From Minisyncoccia bacterium (lineage in GTDB: Bacteria; Patescibacteriota; Minisyncoccia; Phycocordibacterales; UBA9973): a stretch of DNA of 64,000 bases. This document shows positions 1 through 10,461 of the stretch, one piece after another. How positions within the stretch are numbered: position 1 is the stretch's first letter; every line of letters starts with the position of its first letter. The DNA is taken from the NCBI GenBank assembly GCA_038323465.1, contig JBBQGX010000001.1, forward strand, positions 10,980 through 74,979, written 5' to 3'. The translations under genes and the position numbers were made by a program. The notes under the pieces are model-generated. The model had not been told where the DNA came from and did no database searches. It saw only the letters and a list, made by a program, of their open reading frames with translations.

Positions 1-194
1 TTATTGGTAATAGCCCCCATTGAGTTGGTAGAAAAAAAAGATGCTAATAATAAAATAAAAATGAGCCAAAAAAAACCTTTAATAGAATTAGGTAATACAC
101 ATCCAAATCCAAATATCCATTCTCCAAACGTAGTTTTTCTAAACCATTTTTTTTTATTATCATTATCTAGCCACTGTTTAAGTTTATTACCCAT
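1..194 (-). CDS. Partial small membrane protein (runs off the window edge; not in the ORF track)
   Basis: Hand translation from ATG at 194: MGNKLKQWLDNDNKKKWFRKTTFGEWIFGFGCVLPNSIKGFFWLIFILLLASFF..., open to position 1; starts 6 nt after the gap stop. Confidence 0.6.
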   Translation of the reverse strand, partial: MGNKLKQWLDNDNKKKWFRKTTFGEWIFGFGCVLPNSIKGFFWLIFILLLASFFSTNSMGAITN

Positions 195-200
195 AAATGT

Positions 201-1232
201 TTATATAATTGTATTCCCTGTTTTAATAACGTGGTCGACGAGTGTATACGTATACCCCATTTCATTATCATACCAACCCATAACTTTTACTAGATTACCT
301 CCGACAACACGAGTAAGCTCGAGATCTGCAATACAAGGATGACTTTCTCCGAGGATATCACTTGAAACTAGAGGTTCTGTTGTGATAGTAAATATCTTGT
401 GCCAACGAGGATCATTTGAAGCCTTTGTTAGAATCTCATTTACTTCTTCTTTTGTAGTGTCACGTTTTGCAATGAATGTGATATCGACTATTGATCCTGC
501 AGGGACTGGAACACGGATAGATATACCATCAAATAGACCTTTCAACACTGGAAATGCCTCGGTTACGGCTATAGCTGCACCTGTAGAGCTTGGAATGATA
601 TTCTGAGCTGCTGCACGGCCTTCACGCAAGTCTTTCTTGCTTGGGCCATCAACTAGTGCCTGAGTCGCAGTATAGCCGTGAACAGTATTGAGAATAGCTT
701 TCTCTACACCGATTGCTTCGTGGAGAATTGCAATGAGTGGTGAAGCTGCATTTGTAGTACAAGAAGCATTGGAAGTGATATCACAAGTGCCAAATTTCTC
801 TTCATTCACACCGAGGAGGATCGTCTCGCCGTGTACTGTACTTTCTGCACCCTTTGATGGGGCTGAGATCACGACTTTCTTTGCTCCACAATCAAGATGG
901 AATTTTGCTTTATCAAACGAAGTAAATAGACCTGTAGATTCTACTACTACATCAATTTCTAAATCTTTCCAAGGAAGCTTTGTTGTGTCTTTCTCGGAAA
1001 TAAATTTAACTTCTTTACCATCTATAACAAGATTTGTACCTTTTATCTCTATCTTATGATCCCAATTACGATAAACTGTATCGTGACGGAGTAGATATGC
1101 AAAACTCTCAATAGAACCGAGGTCATTGATAGCTACGACTTCAACCTCTGGATTATCCCAAGTAATTTTTAAAAACGCACGACCTATTCTTCCAAAACCA
1201 TTTATTGCAACACATATTTTTTTATTTTCCAT
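201..1232 (-). CDS. gap: Type I glyceraldehyde-3-phosphate dehydrogenase
   Basis: INGFGRIGR, catalytic SNASCTTN, WYDNE motifs. Confidence 0.98.
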   Translation of the reverse strand: MENKKICVAINGFGRIGRAFLKITWDNPEVEVVAINDLGSIESFAYLLRHDTVYRNWDHKIEIKGTNLVIDGKEVKFISEKDTTKLPWKDLEIDVVVESTGLFTSFDKAKFHLDCGAKKVVISAPSKGAESTVHGETILLGVNEEKFGTCDITSNASCTTNAASPLIAILHEAIGVEKAILNTVHGYTATQALVDGPSKKDLREGRAAAQNIIPSSTGAAIAVTEAFPVLKGLFDGISIRVPVPAGSIVDITFIAKRDTTKEEVNEILTKASNDPRWHKIFTITTEPLVSSDILGESHPCIADLELTRVVGGNLVKVMGWYDNEMGYTYTLVDHVIKTGNTII

Positions 1233-1250
1233 AAAAATATTATAACACCT

Positions 1251-2666
1251 TTAAGCTAATAATTCTTTTAATAATTTTTGAACAAGAGCGGGGTTGGCGG
1301 AGCCTTTTGTTTCTTTCATGATTTGACCAACTAGTGACATTATAGCATTTTCTTTACCACCTTTATATGTCGCAACAACAGCAGGATTGGTATCAATAAC
1401 TTTTTGAACTATTTCTTTTAGAGCTCCTTCGTCATGATTTTGAATGAGTCCTCTTTCTTGCGCAATTTTTTCTGGAGATTCGTCGTTGAGAACAATCATA
1501 GCTAATATATCTTTAGTTGCACGAGATGATATCATATTATCTGCAACCATATTGATAAGTTCTGCAAAATTCAAGATATTCGGAAGTCGGACTTCCGAAT
1601 TATTCTTTTTAAGCCCAAGATAATCAGAAGTAATATAGTTTGAAGCAGTTTTTATACTATTTTTTTCTTTTAAGATACTGGCAACTTTTTCAAACCAAGA
1701 ACCGAGCTCTATATCTATTATGTAGCTTTCTATATCTTCATCTTTAATACCATAATCATTCCTATAGCGATTCCTTTTGGCTTCTGGAAGTTCAGGAAGT
1801 TCACTTTTTAATTTTTCTATATCAAATATTTTAGATAAATATAATTTTGGTAAATCTGGGTCTGGAAAATATCGATAATCATTAGCATTCTCTTTTACAC
1901 GTTGACTAAATGTAGACTGTTTATTTTCATCCCAACCACGAGTTTCTTGAATTATTTCGCTTCCTCTTCCACTATCTAATAATTCTGTCATTCTTTTCAC
2001 TTCATATTCAGCAGCTCTTTCCATCGCACGAAAAGAGTTGATATTCTTAACCTCTACTTTTGTGCCAAGTACTTTTTCATCTTCTGATATAGAAATATTT
2101 AATTCAACTCTCATCTGACCTTTATCCATATTCGCTTCAGATACTCCTAAATATCGGAGTACTGCTTGTAATTCTCTACCAAATTCACCTGCTTGTTTAG
2201 AGGTATGGATAACAGGTTCTGTTACTAGTTCCATGAGAGGTACTCCAGCACGATTAAAATCTACAAGAGAATAATCCCCTCTATCATGTTTACTTGTAGC
2301 TGTATCTTCTTCTAGATGTACACGAGTGATATCTACTCCTTTTAATTTACCACCAGAAACAATTGGAAACTTATACTGAGATATCTGATAAGCTTTTGGT
2401 ATATCTGGGTAAAAATAATTTTTTCTATCAAATTCTGTAAAGTCAGCAATATTGGCACCGAGTGCTAGTCCAACCTTGATGACGCTCTCTACTGCTTTTT
2501 TATTTATAACTGGAAGAGTTCCGGGATGTGCCATACAGACTGGACAAATATTTATATTTGGTTTTTGCTCATCTGGATCATTTTTACATCCACAAAACAT
2601 CTTTGAATTTGTATTTAATTCAGCATGGATTTCAAGCCCTATTGTTGTATAATATACTTTAGACAT
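1251..2666 (-). CDS. gatB: Asp-tRNA(Asn)/Glu-tRNA(Gln) amidotransferase subunit B
   Basis: IGLEIHAEL, FDRKNYFYPD, NRAGVPLMELVTEP, DYRYFPDPDLP. Confidence 0.98.
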   Translation of the reverse strand: MSKVYYTTIGLEIHAELNTNSKMFCGCKNDPDEQKPNINICPVCMAHPGTLPVINKKAVESVIKVGLALGANIADFTEFDRKNYFYPDIPKAYQISQYKFPIVSGGKLKGVDITRVHLEEDTATSKHDRGDYSLVDFNRAGVPLMELVTEPVIHTSKQAGEFGRELQAVLRYLGVSEANMDKGQMRVELNISISEDEKVLGTKVEVKNINSFRAMERAAEYEVKRMTELLDSGRGSEIIQETRGWDENKQSTFSQRVKENANDYRYFPDPDLPKLYLSKIFDIEKLKSELPELPEAKRNRYRNDYGIKDEDIESYIIDIELGSWFEKVASILKEKNSIKTASNYITSDYLGLKKNNSEVRLPNILNFAELINMVADNMISSRATKDILAMIVLNDESPEKIAQERGLIQNHDEGALKEIVQKVIDTNPAVVATYKGGKENAIMSLVGQIMKETKGSANPALVQKLLKELLA

Positions 2667-2727
2667 AGAGATAGTATAGCAAAATTTGTAAAATTTAAAA
2701 ACCTAACTAAAGTCAGGATTTTAAATT

Positions 2728-2746
2728 TGTGCCCGAGGTGGGAATC
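2728..2746 (-). repeat. 19-bp direct repeat of the tRNA-Leu 3' end
   Basis: TGTGCCCGAGGTGGGAATC at 2728-2746 is identical to 2874-2892. Confidence 0.9.
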
Positions 2747-2839
2747 ATGAGTACATGTTCGGTCGGGCATATTTTTCTGCTGAAAAATTGCACGACCCTG
2801 CCTCCTGCCGACGCAGTCCGGCTTTCGATTTCCACATCT

Positions 2840-2871
2840 AAAAAATAAGCAATTCCCATTGCTTATTTTTT
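2840..2871 (-). terminator. Intrinsic terminator after tRNA-Leu
   Basis: AAAAAATAAGCAAT-tccc-ATTGCTTATTTTTT inverted repeat. Confidence 0.75.
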
Positions 2872-2875
2872 GCTG

Positions 2876-2957
2876 TGCCCGAGGTGGGAATCGAACCCAC
2901 ATCCCTTACGAGACACGATTTTAAGTCGTGCGCGTATACCAGTTCCGCCACTCGGGC
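2876..2957 (-). tRNA. tRNA-Leu (anticodon TAA), long variable arm, CCA not encoded
   Basis: Minus strand GCCCGAGTGGCGGAACTGGTATACGCG-CACGA CT TAA AA TCGTG-...GTGGGTTCGATTCCCACCTCGGGCA folds as a cloverleaf. Confidence 0.96.
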
Positions 2958-3006
2958 AATTAACTTACAGATAATATAATTACATATTTTAATCTTTTTT
3001 ACAACT

Positions 3007-4284
3007 TTATTTTTTAAACATAGTAGAAATTAATGAAGGTAGATATAAACTTGGATCTAAGTATGCTGTTAATGCAGATATGGGTTGAGTAAATATTTTT
3101 CCACCACAACTCTTACTTGGCACTGTAGCCACATTGACTCCATCTGAAGCATATACAGCTACATGTAAGTGTGGACCTGTAGAAGAGCCTGTATTTCCTG
3201 AGTATGCCACCACGTCACCTGCATTTACTTTATCCCCGATATTAGCTTTTATGGAAGAGAGGTGTCCATAAGTACTTGAGAGTCCATTGTTATATTTTAT
3301 AAATACCCATTTACCAAAAGAAGCTCCTTTGCATGCAATATCTGTATCACCTGTACCCAACACTGTACCAGAAGCCATAGCCATAACTTTTGTGCCGATA
3401 GAAGCTCTAAAATCTAATCCATAATGGAATCTACCCCATCTAGACCCATAAGGGGATGTTATTATCACACTGCTTAGTGGAAAAGATAAAACACCTGAGC
3501 CAGATTTTGGTATAAGTTTAGGGTTCAAAATAAATTTTAATTGAGATTCATAATCAGATAAACTTTTTTCAAAAGCATTTTTCCTTTTTTCTGTTTCAGC
3601 TAAAAGTTTTTGGTAATTTGATTCTTTATTTTTAGTTTCTATAAGTAGTGTATCTTTTTCTTTTTTATTAGCTTCAATTTCAGCCTGTTTTTGAGCTAAA
3701 CTGATTTTTAATTTATTTAAAGCTTCTTGCTCAGTTTCTTTTTTATTTTTTGTAACAGTTAGAACTTCTGTTTCAGTTGTAACTTTTTGAATTTGAAATT
3801 TAATATTATTATTTATACTAATAATATTATTATATTCCTGACTAGCTTCACTAATATTATTTTTTGACAATAATTTGAGTAAAAAAGTTTCATTATCTTG
3901 CTGATATAAACTTTTTAAAAATACTCCTAAATATCCTTTTACTTCTTTTATTGTATTATTATGTATAACAATTTCATCACTGAGTGAATTTATTATTATT
4001 CCTGTTGCATTAATTTTCTTTTGAGTTTGTGTTTTTTCAATCACCAATTTATCTCTTTTCAAGATTAATTCTTTAATAGCACTCGAGAGAGTCTTTTTTT
4101 GAGTACCTGTAATAGTTATTTGACCATTTAAGGCCTCAATTTGCTTATTTAACTGCTCAATTTGACTATTCGTTTCATTTATTTGCCCTCTAAGTTCATC
4201 AGCTGTTTGAGCAGATGAGTATTGTGAAAAAACTAAAATAGCCAACAGTACAATAAAAAATATGATGAATTTAATTTTCTTCAT
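3007..4284 (-). CDS. Secreted coiled-coil M23 family peptidoglycan endopeptidase (EnvC/CwlO-like architecture)
   Basis: Signal peptide, long coiled coil, HYGLD and STGPHLH zinc motifs. Confidence 0.9.
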   Translation of the reverse strand: MKKIKFIIFFIVLLAILVFSQYSSAQTADELRGQINETNSQIEQLNKQIEALNGQITITGTQKKTLSSAIKELILKRDKLVIEKTQTQKKINATGIIINSLSDEIVIHNNTIKEVKGYLGVFLKSLYQQDNETFLLKLLSKNNISEASQEYNNIISINNNIKFQIQKVTTETEVLTVTKNKKETEQEALNKLKISLAQKQAEIEANKKEKDTLLIETKNKESNYQKLLAETEKRKNAFEKSLSDYESQLKFILNPKLIPKSGSGVLSFPLSSVIITSPYGSRWGRFHYGLDFRASIGTKVMAMASGTVLGTGDTDIACKGASFGKWVFIKYNNGLSSTYGHLSSIKANIGDKVNAGDVVAYSGNTGSSTGPHLHVAVYASDGVNVATVPSKSCGGKIFTQPISALTAYLDPSLYLPSLISTMFKK

Positions 4285-4353
4285 TACTTTTACTATTATA
4301 GCATTTTATAGACTTAATGTTGAAATCTGATGAAGTTCGGCTTTATTAGATTG

Positions 4354-5793
4354 TTAGTTTAATAAAGAGATAGCTTTATTTATTCGTTTGACTGTTTCTT
4401 CTCTACCTAAAATTTCTGATAAAATAAAAGGGTCAGGTGATTTATCAAGCCCTGAAAGAGCAAAACGAACAGGATGAAGAACTTGTCCTCTATTTTCTTT
4501 ACTATTTGCAACCTTCATCAATAGATTTTTAATATCTTCAGAATTCCAATCACCCTCTTCTGCCCTCTCTATAACCTCTAAAACTTCTTTTAGATTATTT
4601 AATATAATTTCTTTTTTTGTATCTTTATAAATTAATTTATCTGCAAAATATTCGGGTTTCTTGTAAAAGAAATCGAGTTCTCCCTCATCTATCATATTCT
4701 TAATATCTCCAAATTTAGAGATGCGTTCAATAATAATAGGAATAATCTTTTTAATTTGCAATTCTTTTGGCAACCATTCAAATACATATTTTTCTAAATC
4801 TTCTTTTGAAAGTAGTTTAATGTGTTCTTTGTTTATCCAGTCTAGTTTTTCTTCACTAAAACCACCTCCGCTTATGTGTATGTGTTTAATATCAAAAAGT
4901 TCAACAAATTCTTCTTTTGTGAGTATTTCCTTTTTACCACCTGGATTCCATCCAATAAATGCAAGAAAATTTATCATAGCATCTGGTAAATAACCTTCTT
5001 TTTTGTATTCAAGAAAATCTTTTGCCCCATCTCTTTTCCCAAGTTTTTTTTTACCATCTGTTCCCATAATTGGAGGTAACATAACAAATTCAGGTCTTTT
5101 TATTTCTAGGGCATCATATATAGATAAAAATTTTGGAGTTGATGATATAAATTCATCTCCACGCATTATGTGGGTAACTCCCATTTCTAAATCATCTATA
5201 ATATGTGCAAAATTATAAGTAGGATAACCATCACTTTTAATTATTACAAAATCATCAAGTGCCTCAGGCCCTGCTTTTAAGTGCCCACGTACAAGATCTT
5301 CCCATTCATAACTTTTTATATCTGTTACTTTAAAACGAAGTGGCATAGTTTGATCCCAAGCTGGTGGATTTTCTGGTCTATGATCACGATATAAAAATGG
5401 TCTTTTCTCTATATCAGCTTTTACACGAAATGCTTCCACTTCTTCTTCTGTGTATGGATCAGCATAAGCCAATCCTTTTTCTATTAAAACTTTTGCATAT
5501 TTTTGGTAAGAATCTAATCTTTCTGATTGTTTATATGGTGCATTTGGTCCTCCTATATCTGGTCCTTCATCCCAATTAATTCCAATCCATTTAAGTGACT
5601 TAATAATATGTTCTATTGACCCTTCTACTTCGCGGGCTTTGTCGGTGTCTTCTATTCTTAGAATAAATGTACCGTTATTTTTCTTTGCGTAAGCCCAAGC
5701 ATATAGAGCTGTACGAACATTCCCAACATGTATAAACCCTGTTGGTGATGGAGCAAAACGAGTTATCACTTTTTTATTATTTGTATTTTCCAT
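4354..5793 (-). CDS. gltX: Glutamate--tRNA ligase
   Basis: TRFAPSPTGFIHVGN, LRIEDTD, KKLGKR. Confidence 0.97.
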   Translation of the reverse strand: MENTNNKKVITRFAPSPTGFIHVGNVRTALYAWAYAKKNNGTFILRIEDTDKAREVEGSIEHIIKSLKWIGINWDEGPDIGGPNAPYKQSERLDSYQKYAKVLIEKGLAYADPYTEEEVEAFRVKADIEKRPFLYRDHRPENPPAWDQTMPLRFKVTDIKSYEWEDLVRGHLKAGPEALDDFVIIKSDGYPTYNFAHIIDDLEMGVTHIMRGDEFISSTPKFLSIYDALEIKRPEFVMLPPIMGTDGKKKLGKRDGAKDFLEYKKEGYLPDAMINFLAFIGWNPGGKKEILTKEEFVELFDIKHIHISGGGFSEEKLDWINKEHIKLLSKEDLEKYVFEWLPKELQIKKIIPIIIERISKFGDIKNMIDEGELDFFYKKPEYFADKLIYKDTKKEIILNNLKEVLEVIERAEEGDWNSEDIKNLLMKVANSKENRGQVLHPVRFALSGLDKSPDPFILSEILGREETVKRINKAISLLN

Positions 5794-5798
5794 AATTT

Positions 5799-6932
5799 TT
5801 ATGATATTAATTCATGACTTTGGGCTATTTTGATAGCTTCTTCAGCAATTTTTAAAGCTGCGTCTGGAGAGGCAAATTTTAGAGCACTTTTTTTCATCAA
5901 AATGAGTTTTTCTTTGTTATTTATCATTTTATCAATTTCAGAAATAAGTAGATGAGGAGTGAGATTCCCTTCATCTATTACTTCAGCGGCTCCACTTCGG
6001 GCATAATTATAAGCATTTTTTCTCTGGTGATTTCCATTACTATTTGTGATAGGAATAATTATTGAAGGAATACCCCATGAAGCTATTTCAAATATCATTG
6101 AACCTGCTCGCGAGATAACAATTGTAGCGATCCCTGCTGCCATACGAGTAGCTAGATTATTCAAGTACGGCAAAGGAACATATCTAGTAATATTGTCATT
6201 ATTCTCCATAACAAGTTTTGAACGACCTTGTACATCTTCGATATTGTTGATACCAGCTTGATGAATAATTTGATATTTAGATAGAAGATCAGGTAATACT
6301 TCAATGATTATGTTATTAATGATTTCAGCACCGAGAGACCCTCCAACAACTAATATAACTGGTAAGTCAGAAGTAAGTTTAAAGAATTCATAAGCTCCTT
6401 CAGAGTCACCGTGCAAAATATTTTTCCTTATAGGTTGACCAGTGAGAGCTGTTTTTTCTTTTGGTAAATATTCAATCGCTTCAGGCCATGAGATCGCGAC
6501 TTTCTGAGCAAATTTGGCGGTCCAGACATTCAATCTCCCTGGGTATGAATCTGATTCATGAACAATCACTGGGATACGGAGCAATTTGGCGGCAAAGACA
6601 GCTGGAAAGGCAGCGTAACCACCTTTTGATATTATGACATCAGGATATATAAAAAACATACTAATCAAACCAAAAAACATACCTGTCGCAGTTTTAAATA
6701 AGTCAGAGATATTTCGGAAAGAAAAATATAAACGCATTTTACCTGAAGGAATTTGAACATAAGTAATACCATTTTCAAAAAGCATACGTTTGTCGTAAGG
6801 ATGGTCGGACATATAATAAAGTTTCAAATCAATGATTTTCTGTTTATCAGAAACTTCCACAAGTTTTTCAGCAATAGCGATAAGTGGGTAAAAATGCCCA
6901 CCTGTTCCACCCCCTGTAAGTAATATTTTCAT
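5799..6932 (-). CDS. murG: Lipid I GlcNAc transferase MurG
   Basis: TGGGTGGH, GGSLGA, ISRAG, HQRKNA. Confidence 0.96.
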   Translation of the reverse strand: MKILLTGGGTGGHFYPLIAIAEKLVEVSDKQKIIDLKLYYMSDHPYDKRMLFENGITYVQIPSGKMRLYFSFRNISDLFKTATGMFFGLISMFFIYPDVIISKGGYAAFPAVFAAKLLRIPVIVHESDSYPGRLNVWTAKFAQKVAISWPEAIEYLPKEKTALTGQPIRKNILHGDSEGAYEFFKLTSDLPVILVVGGSLGAEIINNIIIEVLPDLLSKYQIIHQAGINNIEDVQGRSKLVMENNDNITRYVPLPYLNNLATRMAAGIATIVISRAGSMIFEIASWGIPSIIIPITNSNGNHQRKNAYNYARSGAAEVIDEGNLTPHLLISEIDKMINNKEKLILMKKSALKFASPDAALKIAEEAIKIAQSHELIS

Positions 6933-6981
6933 ATGTATAATTATAATTCATTTCTGGATTTTTTTCTAGTATAAATTTTTA

Positions 6982-8085
6982 TTACTTAATTTTCTTTTGA
7001 AATTTAGAAATATTTAAAATAATACCCATTAAACCAATGTCAAGTAATAATGCTGTTCCACCATGAGATACAAAGACAAGTGGCACTCCTGTGAGTGGAA
7101 ATACTCCTATAATAGAAGCAATATTCATAAATGATTGTGCTATTATCATCGTAATAATACCTATAACAAAAAGCTTTGAAAATGAGTCTGGAGCATAGTG
7201 AGCTATACGATATCCTCGCATTGCAAATGCAACATAGAGACAGATGAGTATAGATCCACCTATAAATCCCATTTCTTCGCCTACCACAGCAAATATTGAG
7301 TCTCCTTGTGGTTCTGGTAAGTAATTAAATTTCTGAATACTTTGTCCCAATCCTCTTCCTGCTATTCCTCCTGAACCAATAGCAATTAAAGATTGTTGAA
7401 TTTGATAAGATGAAGTACTACCATTTTGGTTTGGATTTAAGAATGTAGTAATTCTACTTTTTAAATAAGGAGTTGTGAAAGCCAAAATTCCAAATAATAA
7501 AATAAAAATTGCAAGCATTCCTAGAATATATTTCCATGGAGTACCAGAAACAAAAAGCATTACAAGAGCTGTAGCTGTAATTAAGATTAAACTTTTTGTA
7601 TCTGGTTGATTTATTAGAACAGCTGTTATTATTCCTAAAAAGATTATTAGAGGAATTAAACTAAAACGGATATCTTTTACTTTATTCTTCACCCAAGAAA
7701 GCCAAGCTGCAAAATAAATTACAAATCCAATCTTTAGAAATTCAACTGGTTGAATTGAGACACCAAAAATATTAATCCATCTTCGTGAACCACCATGAGC
7801 AAATCCTAGGCCTGGTACAAATACGAGTACTGTAACTATTATAGAAGAAATAAATAAAGGGAGAGAATATTGTCTCCAAAATTTATAAGGAATTCGGAAT
7901 CCAAAATAAAGTGCTACAAGTCCACCACCGAGCCCAAATATTAATTGATTAAATATAACTCCATAAAATTTAGTTTCATTTTTATTTAAGATACCAAGGG
8001 ACGCTGAAATAAACATTATCACTCCAATAACTAAGAGTGAAATAACTATCCCAAAAAATATTTTGTCAATTTTGTTTTTATTCAT
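6982..8085 (-). CDS. ftsW: SEDS peptidoglycan glycosyltransferase FtsW
   Basis: Multi-TM; RRWI, QPVEFLK, YLPEPQGDSIF, PLTGVPL; lies between mraY and murG. Confidence 0.93.
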   Translation of the reverse strand: MNKNKIDKIFFGIVISLLVIGVIMFISASLGILNKNETKFYGVIFNQLIFGLGGGLVALYFGFRIPYKFWRQYSLPLFISSIIVTVLVFVPGLGFAHGGSRRWINIFGVSIQPVEFLKIGFVIYFAAWLSWVKNKVKDIRFSLIPLIIFLGIITAVLINQPDTKSLILITATALVMLFVSGTPWKYILGMLAIFILLFGILAFTTPYLKSRITTFLNPNQNGSTSSYQIQQSLIAIGSGGIAGRGLGQSIQKFNYLPEPQGDSIFAVVGEEMGFIGGSILICLYVAFAMRGYRIAHYAPDSFSKLFVIGIITMIIAQSFMNIASIIGVFPLTGVPLVFVSHGGTALLLDIGLMGIILNISKFQKKIK

Positions 8086-8094
8086 TTAAAACTT

Positions 8095-9153
8095 TTAACT
8101 TATAAGTGAAATAATAACACCTAGTGCTGAAGACATAATACCAACTATCCAGTAACGCATCGTCACTTTATATTTAGGCCAACCGAGAGCTTCAAAATGA
8201 TGATGAAGTGGGGCAAAAAGAAATACCTTTTTACCATGACAAAATCTTCTTGAGGTCATTTGAATGATACCAGAAAGAGATGTGATAAACAAAGGAAAAG
8301 CAATAATTGGTAAAAGTAAGACTGTGTTTGTTAAAAAAGCAATAACAGAAAGAGTAACAGTTAATCCTATCATTCCTGTTTCTCCCATGTAGAATCTTGC
8401 CGGAGGGATATTGAACCATAAAAATGCTAATATTCCTCCAGTAATAACAGCACAAAACCCCGCTAAATTAAATTGGCCATTTAAAAATGCAATCAGAGAG
8501 TATGCCATAAAAATAGAAGATAGAACTCCACCAGAGAGCCCGTCTATTCCATCAATAACAGAAGTTGACCACATTGAAAACATTATAAAAATAAAGAATG
8601 GAATAAATAATAATCCTAATTTAATAAATCCAAACCATGGAATGTATAATTCTGAATATCCGAGTTTGAAATAAAACCACAAACTAATAATTAATCCTAA
8701 TATCAAAATAATTCCTATTTTTATATATCTTAAAACTATTGGATCAGTTATCCATTTCCCTCGACCAAAAATTTGTAAAAAATCATCTCCTAATCCAATA
8801 AATGAGGCAATTATTAAAGTAAAAAAAGGTAATAAAGTTTCACTACGACTTATAAAATAAAAAGTATTTGTTGTATCACTATAGAATAAATAATCAATAA
8901 TTTCAGTAATGGCAAGTGTTAATATTACTGAGATCCAAATAATAATTCCACCTGTTCGAGGAGTTGAGAGTTCAGATTTTTCATCATGTATTTTTTGAAA
9001 ACCAGAAACTTCTTTATCGGGAATATTTTGAACTCGACCAACTCTGCGCCACATACGATATTTATAAAAATAATGCGTCGCAATTGGAGTTAATAAAACT
9101 CCAACAATAAATGAAATAATTGCTGGCAAAAAAACTTTAATTGCATTACTCAT
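8095..9153 (-). CDS. mraY: Phospho-N-acetylmuramoyl-pentapeptide transferase
   Basis: TPRTGG, GLGDD, DGIDGL, FYMGETG, APLHHHFE; start moved to MSNAIK, which overlaps the scpB stop. Confidence 0.95.
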   Translation of the reverse strand: MSNAIKVFLPAIISFIVGVLLTPIATHYFYKYRMWRRVGRVQNIPDKEVSGFQKIHDEKSELSTPRTGGIIIWISVILTLAITEIIDYLFYSDTTNTFYFISRSETLLPFFTLIIASFIGLGDDFLQIFGRGKWITDPIVLRYIKIGIILILGLIISLWFYFKLGYSELYIPWFGFIKLGLLFIPFFIFIMFSMWSTSVIDGIDGLSGGVLSSIFMAYSLIAFLNGQFNLAGFCAVITGGILAFLWFNIPPARFYMGETGMIGLTVTLSVIAFLTNTVLLLPIIAFPLFITSLSGIIQMTSRRFCHGKKVFLFAPLHHHFEALGWPKYKVTMRYWIVGIMSSALGVIISLIS

Positions 9154-9691
9154 GATTTTCATCTTGATTAATAACACCTGAAAGTAAAGCGACGACTTGC
9201 TCGTAATTTGGTAAATCCTTAATTGAAGCTACTCCCATATATGTCAATGTTTCAAAAGTTGGACAATATAATACTCGACGATTATCTTTACTGTCCATAA
9301 CTTTCTCCACTAATCCACGAACTAGCAAATTGCGTAAAATGAAACTAGAATTAACTCCTCTAACATAATCTATTTCACTTCGAGAAATTCTATTTTTATA
9401 TAAAACAATTGACAAAGTTTCAAGCGATGCCTTTGAAAGTTCTTTAGTGATTTCATCTTTACGAATTGATTCTATAATAGATGATAATTCTCCAGTGATT
9501 CCAAGTACTACTTTGTCATCTTTCCTTACTAACACAAGACCACGTCCACTAAGTGACTGCTCTAAAATCTTTAATCCTTCTTCTATTTCATTTTCTGGAA
9601 CATTCAAAAGCAGAGAGAGTGACTTAATAGAAACATCTTCTCCTTTATAAAATAGCAATCCTTCAATTTTAGACTCTAATGATATGGACAT
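9146..9691 (-). CDS. scpB: SMC-Scp complex subunit ScpB
   Basis: LSKASLETLSIV, SRSEIDYVRGVNS, LLVRGLV. Confidence 0.95.
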   Translation of the reverse strand: MSISLESKIEGLLFYKGEDVSIKSLSLLLNVPENEIEEGLKILEQSLSGRGLVLVRKDDKVVLGITGELSSIIESIRKDEITKELSKASLETLSIVLYKNRISRSEIDYVRGVNSSFILRNLLVRGLVEKVMDSKDNRRVLYCPTFETLTYMGVASIKDLPNYEQVVALLSGVINQDENHE

Positions 9692-9692
9692 A

Positions 9693-10460
9693 TTATTCTT
9701 GATTAATTGTTAATGTTTGTTTATTCATCTCTATATCACCAAAAGATGTATTTTGCATCACATCTATGATTCCTTCTCTTACCAATTCTAACATGGCTAG
9801 GAAAGAAACTATAATATGAACCTTGGCTTCTTCTTCATTTCCTGCACCGTGACTCTGTGAAAATTCTCGAAAAGATATATTTATAGCACTCTGGATACGT
9901 TCAGTTAATCCATTAATAAATTCATCAATATTTATAATCTTCTTTATTTCTATCTCAGGTAATTTATTTTCTTTTTTAGGTATTTGATTTAAAACGTCAT
10001 TAATATGAATTGCCATAGATGAAGTAGTAATCACAGGATCTGGTGAAAAAAGTGGGTCACTCCATACTCTATCACAAGGCATAAAAATTATTTTTGCACC
10101 AAAGTTATTTTGAATATCGATACTAGCCGTTTTAATTATTTGATAAAGCCGTAAACGAGATTCTAGGTCTACAATCTTTTCTGTTTCATCATCTGTTAGT
10201 GATAGATTTGGTAGAAGTGATTTTGATTTGATGAGTATTAAAGTGGCAGAGATAAGTATAAAATAAGATACATCGTTTATATTTATATCAGAATTAGAAA
10301 GAGATTTTACATAAGCAATATAATCATTTGTTACATCTGCAAGCGAAATCTCATTAACAAAAAGTTTTCTATTTTCAATAAGAGAAAGTAGCAAGTCTAA
10401 TGGTCCAGAAAAGGTACTAGTATTTACTTTATAAGTAGATTTTGAAATCCGTTCTTCCAT
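9693..10460 (-). CDS. scpA: Segregation/condensation protein ScpA
   Basis: FSGPLDLLLSLI N-terminus and IVSFLAMLELV C-terminus. Confidence 0.95.
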   Translation of the reverse strand: MEERISKSTYKVNTSTFSGPLDLLLSLIENRKLFVNEISLADVTNDYIAYVKSLSNSDININDVSYFILISATLILIKSKSLLPNLSLTDDETEKIVDLESRLRLYQIIKTASIDIQNNFGAKIIFMPCDRVWSDPLFSPDPVITTSSMAIHINDVLNQIPKKENKLPEIEIKKIINIDEFINGLTERIQSAINISFREFSQSHGAGNEEEAKVHIIVSFLAMLELVREGIIDVMQNTSFGDIEMNKQTLTINQE

Positions 10461-10461
10461 A

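Noticed and set aside
2728-2892. Prophage or genomic island integrated at tRNA-Leu
   Set aside because: The direct repeats are only 146 bp apart with no integrase or cargo; kept only as a small element.
2639-2902. 87-aa ORF in the track
   Set aside because: It overlaps the tRNA, its terminator and the repeat element; spurious.
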